Source: Podarcis pityusensis
Taxonomy: Eukaryota
Assembly (NCBI GenBank): GCA_964106645.2
Contig: OZ067041.1
DNA: 64,000 bases
Reading direction: 5' to 3' (one strand)
The position numbers and the translations under genes were made by a program. How positions within the stretch are numbered: the first letter of the stretch is position 1; every line of letters begins with the position of its first letter. The notes beneath the pieces were generated by a model. That model searched no databases, had not been told where the DNA came from, and worked only from the letters and a program-made list of their open reading frames with translations. Shown here in pieces: positions 38,104-46,945 of this stretch.

Positions 38104-38530
38104 GTTGTTGTTTAGTCGTTTAGTCGTGTCCGACTCTTCGTGACCCCATGGACCAGAGCACGCCAGGCACTCCTGCCTTCCACTGCCTCCCGCAGTTTGG
38201 TCAGGCTCATGTTTGTAGCTTCGAGAACACTGTCCAACCATCTCGTCCTCTGTCGTCCCCTTCTCCTTGTGCCCTCCTTCTTTCCCAACATCAGGGTCTT
38301 TTCCAGAGAGTCTTCTCTTCTCATGAGGTGGCCAAAGTATTGGAGCCTCAACTTCACTATCTGTCCTTCCAGTGAGCACTCAGGGCTGATTTCCTTCAGA
38401 ATGGATACGTTTGATCTTCTTGCAGTCCATGGGACTCTCAAGAGTCTCCTCCAGCACCATAATTCAAAAGCATCAATTCTTCGGCGATCAGCCTTCTTGA
38501 TGGTCTAGCTCTCACTTCCATACATCACTA
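38104..38530 (-). mobile_element. 5'-truncated BovB (RTE) LINE
   Basis: The - strand encodes ...KKADRRRIDAFELWCWRRLLRVPWTARRSNVSILKEISPECSLEGQIVKLRLQYFGHLMRR...WRALVHGVTKSRTRLND, the BovB ORF C-terminus. (CAA)n tail. Perfect 11-bp TSD GTGATAGATCT at 38093-38103 and 38531-38541. Confidence 0.95.
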
Positions 38531-38725
38531 GTGATAGATCTAGTTAGCTCTGAAGTTGTTGTGCCCTGGCCATTCCTCTCTTACAGATGGGTTCTGGTTG
38601 CGAAGGGGTTAATACATAATATTTGAAGGGTTTCCATTCTAAAATATTACGTCTAACACAACTTCCCAGTTTGGGCATTCCACCATGTTCCATAGGAAAG
38701 GGACCATAAACCAACAGTAAGGAAA

Positions 38726-38867
38726 GTATCACTTGGTAGAGCATGAGACTCTTAATGTCAGGGTTGTGGGTTTGAGTCCCATGTTGGGCAAAGTATTCCT
38801 GCATCCCAGGGGATTAGCCTAGATGACTCCGTGGTCCCTTCCAACTTTACAATTCCATGATTCTATG
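38726..38867 (+). mobile_element. tRNA-Lys(CUU)-derived SINE with a CR1-type 3' tail
   Basis: Head ggtagagcatgagactcttaatgtcagggttgtgggtttgagtcccatgttgggc resembles tRNA-Lys-CTT. Tail gatgactcc..ggtcccttccaac..attccatgattctatg matches the CR1 3' terminal octamer repeat. Confidence 0.85.
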
Positions 38868-39819
38868 TGGATTTCCCTTACTGGACTCTTCCCTACCACC
38901 CCACCTAGCAAGAGAGGGCCAAGCAAGCAAGTGGAGTGGTGGTTGCTCTTGCCACCTCTCCCTGGGTGGCCCTCTAGGGCGGGGGGGGGCGGGGGGTAAA
39001 TGAGTTGAGAGAGGTACAGATGTTCTTGCAAAGGGCAGCCACCATCTTTCATTGCACTTTCTTCAGGTGCCGCCACTGGGCCAAATGTCTTTCCCCTGCA
39101 TGAGCCAGATAAGAGATGGTCAGTGATCAAAGCAAGGAAGTAGCTCCTTGCAGCCACCGCTCAGTCACCCACTTTTTGTTGGGGAGCAGGAAGCATCTGC
39201 CTTCTGCCTGGAGGGGGGGTGGCAGAAGCAATGGGCTGGCGAAGCCCAAAGCAAGGGGTGGTGGCTGGGTAAAAGGACCAGTACTTAACAGACCACCCCC
39301 AGACACAAGGGCCCTGAGTGCTGACTCTGTTTTCCATCTCTGATACCTCCTCGCTGGGATAATATCAAGGCTTGCTTACTTACATGGGTTTTGATAATGA
39401 AATAATCAGGAATTTTCATGCTGCTAAGTAACACCCCCACACACACCGCTTTCTTCCCTTTAGCGAAAAAAAAAAGTTAATGGAAACATCTTGTGATCCT
39501 TCGAAACGCCGCTGGTTTGAGTGGTAGCTGTTTTTGCCTAGTTCAGGCTCGTATAGGATTTCACAAGGTCGTTTGTTCAGAGCGCTTGGAAGTGTGAGGG
39601 GTTCCTCGCAGGCCTTTTGCTCAGAAATCTCCGCGATGCACTTATTTCCATCAGCCATTCTGAAAATTAAACCTGGCTCGCCACTGTCATTCTCCCTTGC
39701 GCACCCACGCCCCGCACACAAAAGATTTAGGCATTCTCTCTCTCTCTCTCGATGAAGAAAAAGATTTCTTGTTATAGTCTCTGGCCTCCTGACCGCGAAC
39801 TACCAGCCACTTCCTTTTT

Positions 39820-40910
39820 ATTTTGCCCATATAACAAGCGGGGAGCCGGGAGGTAATTGGGTTAACTACCTGATCTTCCTTCTGGGAGCGCGCAAGGCCC
39901 ACTAAACGCCTTCTTATCATGATCGACTATCACGCGGCTCCCCAACTGCATCATCTTTAAGGGACTTTTTTTTATTTTCTCGCCGAGGCCTGTAAAGCCC
40001 CGGCGCTCGGGTGGCGAGGAAGGGTTAAAGGCACACGGGGGCGGGGAGAGGAGAGGGGCCGGGGTGGCGATCGCAGAGGGGCGGAGAGAAGCAGCAGCAG
40101 CAGCAGGGCCCGGGAGCTGCTGCTGCTGCTGCCTGGAGAGCTCAGCCTGCCATTACGCACAAAGGCGAGGGGCCTGGGGAATCGAAACCCAAATCCACTT
40201 GTAATCGCACGAGAGAATCGCGCGTAATTACTCGAGCGACCGAGATTAAGATTGATGAGCCTTTAAAGCGCCGTTTCGGATCGATCCGCTGCCCTAAGCA
40301 GGAGCCCCGCCGGCCAGGAGGGCGGCCCGCTTGCCGGCCTGCTTGCTTGCTCGCTCGCCGAGCGCCACTGGCGCTGTCCGGCCGGAGGGGGAGGCGGCAG
40401 GGAGGACAGAGCAAGGGCGATGCCCAAGCCCCGCGCGTATGGTCCGCATCAGCTGACCGGGGTGAAGAGGCCAGGCTGGCCTATTAGGCGCGGGGAAAAC
40501 AAGAAAATGAACGAAAATAGAGTTTGTCTCCATATTATCCATCCCCTGGTGGGCTGGCTTGAGAGCTGTCAGAGGCGGGAAGCCGAGCGTTGCCTAGGGC
40601 TGGGTGGAGAGGAGGGAAGGAGGCGATGCTTGGAAGGGAGGGAAGTTAGCGCTGAAATGAGGCCTGCCACGCTCTCCGTCAGGCCGAGAGACGGGCTGAG
40701 CTCGGGCTAAGTGGCGGGTAGGAAGGGGAGCCTCCAGCGGGATCCGTAGAGGCAGGAGACTGGGCCCTGGAGGAGGGCAGAGCTTGGCAGCGCAAATGGT
40801 GGTCGGACCCAGCGCCAGCCAGCCAGCCCTACCTCAGCTGCCTTCCCCACAGAAAGGAAGCCGGGGAGAGGCTGCTGGAGAGACACCAGAAACCAAATCC
40901 GACCGAGCAC
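39820..40910. promoter_or_regulatory. Intronic CpG island
   Basis: GC- and CpG-rich segment with an embedded TAAT-rich core at about 40200-40270. Boundaries approximate. Confidence 0.75.
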
Positions 40911-42450
40911 AACATTTCACACACACACGGAATTAACAGTCTCAGCAACTAAAGGAAAAAACAACAACAATACCAGCAGCCAGATAATACTATGCCTTAT
41001 TATTTCCCAGTTTCTAAAATGTGGCATCAGTGTATTGCATTTCATGTTATTCGAATAGATGTTTCGGTTTATTTATCCATAGGGCGGTCTTGGCTCAATA
41101 TCCCATTATTCCATGCATTTATTTTTATGCGATCTGCATAGATCTCGAGGTGGAGTTTCCAATAAGTTCGTTTAGGATCCGGATGGGAAGTCTCCTTAGA
41201 TTCAATGTAATAATGGTCCGCAAACAGCAAAGAGCCTTATGGCACCTTAAATGCTTACACATTTATTATGGCATACGCTTGTCAGACCATCAGATGCCTG
41301 GTTCCTATTACTGGTCCCCCTGCTCTGAGGAGCCCCACGGCGCTTGGCTCTAAGGTTGCCGTCGCCAGGACCCTAACTAGGCAGCCTGACCCACCGAATA
41401 CAGCCGGATCCGCCTCCCGAGGAAACTTGCAGAGGGTTGCGTTGCACAGTACTAGAAATGCCCAAATAATTCCGGGGGTTTCTTGCAGGTTTGAGCTACG
41501 ATTCTGTGCACATTTACTTGGGAGTAAACCCCGATGAATTCTGTAGAATATACATGCGTGTAAGCAAGTTAGAATAACCCTGAATCTTTTTGTTTTGGAG
41601 TAATTATGCTCTCAGCATTAACATTTCAATAAATTTCAGAGAGAGAGAGAGATTGTTTCTGGCGTCTCTGCGGAGACAAATCGTTTTCTTTATAACAACT
41701 GTTTGTTTCACAATAAAGGCTGCACTTTATTTTACACACACACTCACACTTTCTGCACAGAGGGACCCATCGTCTGGCATCTGATGTCTCGCAGATAGTT
41801 TTATGATGTAGAAAACACTGCATTGCCTAACGTCCAGAATAATAAAAAAGAAGTAAAACATATTCGATATGTGTGGTGCATAATTTGTATTGCAATTTTA
41901 TGACTAGATACAGGAAGCGTAAATCTAAATATATTTTATTGGAAGCACCTCTGATTTTTATTCCGTGACTTCTTTTCTAAATACTCGCTGCCCGTCTTGG
42001 GCTGCGCTTTATACACACGTGCAAACCGGTAAATTTGCTGAATTGAGTGGGACCTGCACTCGACCTTTATGGGATCGGGCTTCGAGATTAGGAAGAGAGG
42101 GGCTATTTTCATCAGCGCTGTGATCTCCCCACCCGCACCCCGCTAGTATTCTCAAATAAATCTTCCTGTCTTTAAGTGGCAAGACCTACACACACCCTAG
42201 TTCTTGGGTGTTGTTTTGTTTGAAAGACCTATAAAGCGGCCTGCTGTTCCGGTGGTCCGTCGACCATCCTTTGAGCTTCAGGCATACACAGCGTCCCGCT
42301 TCCCGAAGCCTCTCCTAGGTGTCCCGGCAGCGATCCGTAGGCATCCCTCGCCTGAGTCCGACGGCTTTCTAGCTCCGCTCTGCCGTCGTCGGGCAAAGCG
42401 GCCGGCCTCCCTTTCGCAGCCTCCTCACGCCGCTCTGTCTTGTCTTGCAG

Positions 42451-42587
42451 GCCCCGTGGTCCTCAGCACGCCGGCCCAGCTCATCGCGCCCGTGGTGGTG
42501 GCCAAGGGCACCCTCTCCATCACCACCACCGAGATCTACTTCGAGGTAGACGAGGAGGACCCGGCCTTCAAGAAGATCGACCCTAAA
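42451..42587 (+). CDS. NBEA: Neurobeachin internal coding exon (137 nt), start of the BEACH-associated PH domain
   Basis: Acceptor ctctgtcttgtcttgcag|GC and donor AAA|gtgagt. Translates (G)[46 protein letters not shown] did not find the next expected exon (VLAYTEGLHGKWMF...) in the window. Confidence 0.96.
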
Positions 42588-43340
42588 GTGAGTACAGGAC
42601 CCAAGTTGGGGGGGGGGGTTGGGAGGAGGAGGGGGAGGTTTCCCATAACCATGAATTGAGGAATGCTCCCAAGTGCCTGGAAACGCCCCTCTCCTTGCCC
42701 CCCTCCGTCTGACTCCGTGGCTGTTTTATTTAAGAGCGCGGCGCGTTAATGATGTAAAATCCGCTCTTACTCCCGCGCTCGCTTTTTAACAAATCTCCCC
42801 CCCCCCACTCCCCCCCCCAAGGCCTTTGTATGAACGTGGGCAGATTTAGCAGTTAAGCCAATTGCTCGGAAATCCCTCGAGGTAATGGCGGGCCCGCACT
42901 CCAGCCTCTTTCCTCGGGCACCCGCGGCAGACAAGGAGACGCGTTCCCTCTCCGTCTGCCTTCGATGCAGTCCCCAGGGACTGGAGCTTCCGCTTCTGCG
43001 CGGGTGCGCGTTGCAGGGGCGCGCGGAGCAGCTATTGCACAGCCCGGGCCTGTAGGAACTAGCAAGGTTGGAGTGCGCAAAGACAGAATCTCTCCCGAAG
43101 ACCCCTGGAGCAAGGAGATAGAGCGGAGATTTGCCTTGTTACAGAATTCAAAAGTTCACGTCCATGTCATTTTCCTTCTCTCCGGATCTATAGTGATATT
43201 GTTATTTTAATTTCACTTTCGTAGCCTTGTGTAAATACACACTATTGTGGCCTCAATGTCGAGGCCATCCGTCTGTTGCCCGCCTGCCAACCTTGACAGG
43301 AAGAATTAAAAGGGTCTTCCGGATTTTAAAACACACACGC

Positions 43341-43395
43341 AAGCAAAGCAAAGCAAAGCAAAACAAAACAAAACAAAACAAAACAAAACAAAACA
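43341..43395. repeat. Compound (AAAGC)n(AAAAC)n pentanucleotide repeat
   Basis: Read directly from the sequence. Confidence 0.9.
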
Positions 43396-44192
43396 TGGAG
43401 TTGGGTAACATGGCGAGTCTAACGGTTTTGCTGCAGCGCATCCAAGCGCGGGCAGAGCGCAGCTGAAGTTTGAAACAGTATCACCTGGGCAGATCTTGAG
43501 CACATTGTTGCACCCCCTCAATGCTTGCCGGGATATTTGCCCTTTGGCTGAATCACGGTTTGCATCCGGAAGGAACTGCCTGCTGCGCTCTCTGCAAGGG
43601 CAGGACGGGGCTTCTGGCGGAGGCGGCTCCTTTGCTCCGGCGGGGCCTCCGGAGAGGCCGACGCTCGCTTTCCCCAAACACATCTGGCGGCGGCTTCATG
43701 GCCAGGCTGGTGATGTTTAGGGCAAAGGTAGCAACATTCTTTACCTGCCGATTGTTGGCTTGACCCCCGCAAATCTCTGAACGTTGCAGCTTCCCCCTCC
43801 CTGCTCTCCAAGTGCTGTTAATTTTGTTACAAACTAGGCTCACTTGGGTAATGCGTGCCTTCAGCTTGGTTCAAAACCGGACAGCCGCGTTAGCCTGGCC
43901 CACTAAATCTTTTGAGAAGTAGATTTATTTCCTGACGGTTGTAAAAATGTTACTCGCTTAATTGCCACACACCGGAGTGTGACCGATGTCGATGGCCTTC
44001 AGGACCCCATTTTTTTAGGGTAGGCTACACCGATTTTTATCTTCATTTTAAATTATGCTACTTTTAACAGGCCGTCAAGGGCTTCAGACCCGCTTTACAC
44101 GGCCCCTCCCCGCCCCCCAAAAAGAGAGAACGTAGCAGACTGAGGGCTTGCACAAACCCAGATGGAATCCAGCACTGAAACTCTTAAGCATA

Positions 44193-44213
44193 TTTATTTT
44201 ACTTTTATTTATT
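44193..44213 (-). terminator. Clustered AATAAA polyadenylation signals for MAB21L1
   Basis: TTTATT on + at 44193-44198, 44204-44209 and 44208-44213, at the end of an AU-rich stretch about 0.9 kb past the stop codon. A further distal signal is at 43924-43929. Confidence 0.6.
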
Positions 44214-45100
44214 AGCTTGTAATTAAATAAAATCAGCAACAGAAATTTAAATCACAAAAAGTAATTATCCAGTGTATTTCAAGTGCATTTTTCCAATATA
44301 TAATTCCAATATTCACAATTATATAAGCAAAATCCAAATTTCTTCTGAATATATTTAAATAACATTTCAAGTATATTTATGGAATGGTAGAAATAGAACA
44401 AGCAATATATTTGAAACAAAAAAAATGTAAACTTTTTTTTTAGCTTAGACACTTCAAAAGACAAGTAACAAAAGTACCATGATAAAATCTACCTTTTTTT
44501 TAAGCGGTATCTTCTTGAGCAGAAAATGTCCTGAAGTATCCAAAATGGCAATTTAACTTCTTTTCACCAAATCACAAAACACTAACACCCACAATTTCAA
44601 AGACAATGTGAGATCACAATATTCCATACAATTTTTTTTAAAAAAATGTACAGGGGAAGAGTTGGGACAGTTGTGGTTTGTTTTGTTTCTTTTCCTATCT
44701 AACAGTTGTGGTTATTTGGGTGGCATCTTCAGATTCTCTCTTACTCGCACAAAAATCCCGGCCTCGTTATAATCCATTGGTCTGGTTTCTAGGCGGAGTG
44801 GTCACAATCAGGCTAAAAACGGCAGCCAATATTGCATTTCCCCTGGTGATAATCATACACGGTTTCGTTTCGTTTTGTTTTCCGGGCAGGCTTTTAAAAC
44901 CGGGATACCGGCAAGAGTCATAATACTTGCAGTTGGCTTGGTGTGCGTGTGCGCGCAGGCGGGCAGCCTCTTCCCCGAACGCAGGGCGACGTTTGCCCCG
45001 TAAACCCAGCAGAATCCTCCGAAGAGAAAGGCAGTTTTTTCTTTTCTTTTCTTTTCGCGGGGGAGAGAAGAATAGTGTCAGGCCGCCGCTGGCTGGCCCT

Positions 45101-46180
45101 CTAAAGTTTCTCCAAACTTTTGGGGTTGGTGAGGATCTCCCTGGCCAGCCGCCACGTTTGTTTGGCCGCGTTTTCGAGGGCCGAGTGCGGCTTGCCCTGG
45201 AAGAGGTCTAAGTTGGGCAAGAAGTAGTGCGGGCAGCGCCTGCACTGCAGGCACGAGATGAGCTGCAGCAAGATGCCGTTGAGCCGGTCGCCCAGGCACG
45301 ACTCGTCCCAGTCCGACTCGCGGGGATGCTTCTCGCACTCGTACGACACCAGAGTCTTCATGTGGTAGTTGTTGAGCGGCTGGCCGGGCAGCTCGAGGTG
45401 GCGATCGCGCAGCGTCTTGAGGATGGAGAGGCATTTCTTGCGGCAGCCGCCCATCTGCAGCCGGTTCTCGGCCTCGGCGAACTGCAGCACCCAGGCGTCG
45501 CTCTCGGCCGAGCTCTGCTTGCCGGCCAGCGAGTGGCACTCCTTGGAGAGCAGGTTGAAGCCCTCGGCCTTCACCTCGGCCACGCGGTTGGGCCCCGGCC
45601 AGGGGATGTGCGGCAGCGGCCAGTGCGCCGCGCTGCGCGGCCAGATGCCCGTGCACTTGAAGGCGGGCGTGATCTGCACCACGTAGCGGTCGCGGATGCG
45701 CAGCTTGACCTCGCTGGTGTCCGCCACCATCTTCACCACGTCGCGGTAGCTGCACTTGTCCACGGCCTGCGCCACCAGCGTCTGGAAGCGCGAGCGGATC
45801 TTGCGCGCCGACAGGTAGCCCGAGGCCGTGATGAACTCCACCCAGAGCGACATGCTCCGCTTGCGCCCGTCGCTCAGCTTGAGTACGGCGCAGCCGGGCA
45901 GCGAGCCGTCGTCGACGAAGTTGAAGACGCCCATCTGGTTGAGGTAGAGCACCACCTCGAACTCGGTGGGCGAGATGACCTCCAGGCCCTCGTAGCGGTT
46001 GTCCATCTCGTTGAGGGAGCTGATGAAGCGCGGCTCCTGCACCTCCACCTCCTTCAGCACGTCCGACACCACCTTGCACACCTCGCGGATGGTCTTGGCG
46101 ATGGCCGCCTTGCGCGCCTGGCACTTCTCGTTGTAGTATTTGTTGAGGTGGTACACCAGCTTGGCCTGCGCCGCGATCAT
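45101..46180 (-). CDS. MAB21L1: Mab-21-like protein 1 (cGAS/Mab21 nucleotidyltransferase fold), single-exon CDS, 359 aa, nested antisense in an NBEA intron
   Basis: ATG at 46180-46178 (cccaacATGa) to TAG at 45103-45101. Protein reads MIAAQAKLVYHLNKYYNEKCQARK...ILTNPKSLEKL. L1-type residues (YHLNKYYNEKC, LNEMDNRYEG, SLEKL) and nesting in NBEA rather than LRBA distinguish it from MAB21L2. Confidence 0.98.
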   Translation of the reverse strand: MIAAQAKLVYHLNKYYNEKCQARKAAIAKTIREVCKVVSDVLKEVEVQEPRFISSLNEMDNRYEGLEVISPTEFEVVLYLNQMGVFNFVDDGSLPGCAVLKLSDGRKRSMSLWVEFITASGYLSARKIRSRFQTLVAQAVDKCSYRDVVKMVADTSEVKLRIRDRYVVQITPAFKCTGIWPRSAAHWPLPHIPWPGPNRVAEVKAEGFNLLSKECHSLAGKQSSAESDAWVLQFAEAENRLQMGGCRKKCLSILKTLRDRHLELPGQPLNNYHMKTLVSYECEKHPRESDWDESCLGDRLNGILLQLISCLQCRRCPHYFLPNLDLFQGKPHSALENAAKQTWRLAREILTNPKSLEKL

Positions 46181-46330
46181 GTTGGGACAGAGATCCGGGT
46201 TGTAGACCGGAGTCTCGCAGTACGCGCTGGGATCCAATGCGGCTGCTAAGGCGGGAGCCAACTTCAGACGGGAATCCGGACGCCCGGCGCGGGGAAGCGG
46301 AGCCCCAGGCCGCCCAAAGGCGCTGCTCTC

Positions 46331-46351
46331 GCCGCCGCCGCCGCCGCCGCC
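46331..46351 (-). repeat. (GGC)7 trinucleotide repeat in the MAB21L1 5' leader
   Basis: (gcc)7 on +, flanked by short CAG-like units on the - strand. Confidence 0.9.
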
Positions 46352-46556
46352 GCTGCTCTTTCTGCTGCTCGGCTCCTCCTCAACTCCGAGGCTCGCTCGC
46401 AGGCTGTCTTTCTCTCTCCTTGCAGGCTGGAGGTGGACACTTCTGCCCCGGACAGATTTCCGAGTCTTTCCCAAACACGCACAGGCACACAAACCCCTGG
46501 GTTTTTTGTTGGAAAGGATCCTTCAGGGAGCAGAGGAAAGCATGGAAGAGCTGCAG

Positions 46557-46637
46557 TTAAAAAAAGGGAAGCAAAGTTTGCGCCCAGTTGCAGCCAGGCT
46601 CCCACCAGTCAAAATAATAACACATCGGAGCAGGCAT
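46557..46637 (-). other. Upstream ORF (26 aa, MPAPMCYYFDWWEPGCNWAQTLLPFF) in the putative MAB21L1 5' leader
   Basis: ATG at 46637, second in-frame ATG at 46625, TAA at 46559-46557. Out of frame with the main CDS. Depends on the transcription start being near 46830. Confidence 0.5.
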
Positions 46638-46819
46638 TTATTTTTCTCCTGGAGTCACCACGGGGTGTGAGTGTGTGTGTGTGTGTCTGCGCTCAATGTT
46701 GGTAGTCAGATAGGGGGGGGGGGCGGATTTCTGGGTGTTTCTCTTTCTCTCTCCCCCTCTGTGTGTGTGTGTCTCCCTGTCTCTGAGTGTGTGTATATGT
46801 CAGGAGAAGCTGGCTGTTG

Positions 46820-46945
46820 GTTTGTATAAGAGCCCAGATGCACTCGCGTGGAAATTATAAAGGCAGGGCCAGGCAGGCGGGCGGCCAATCGCCACTGGGC
46901 TCGTCACGGCAGCCTCTTCCAGCTCCAGCCTGGTTAATTAATCCC
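46820..46945. promoter_or_regulatory. MAB21L1 core promoter, possibly bidirectional
   Basis: ATTATAAAG at 46854-46862 reads TATAAAG on + and TTTATAAT on -. GC box GGGCGG at 46879-46884, CCAAT at 46885-46889, TTAATTAA at about 46934-46941. Lies in a CpG island about 680 nt upstream of the MAB21L1 ATG. Confidence 0.65.

Larger units (their letters stand above)
42230..43720. promoter_or_regulatory. CpG island covering the third NBEA exon and the region 3' of MAB21L1
   Basis: High CpG density on both sides of exon 42451-42587. Boundaries approximate. Confidence 0.7.

Noticed and set aside
38726-38790. Functional tRNA-Lys gene
   Set aside because: 5' end and B box are degenerate, and it is fused to a CR1 tail, so it is a SINE head.
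42204-42659. 151-aa ORF
   Set aside because: Only 42451-42587 is the NBEA exon. The flanks are intronic read-through.
45078-46124. 348-aa alternative-frame ORF on the MAB21L1 strand
   Set aside because: GTG start, low-complexity Ala/Gly/Arg/Pro composition, and expected from the extreme GC3.
45227-46249. 340-aa ORF antisense to MAB21L1
   Set aside because: Shadow ORF. The G/C-ending codon bias of the CDS removes stops from the antisense frame. It starts at a non-ATG codon and has no recognisable domain.
45101-46492. 463-aa version of MAB21L1 in the ORF track
   Set aside because: Its start is a TTG in poor context. The recognised protein starts at 46180. The extension is kept only as a hypothesis in the findings.
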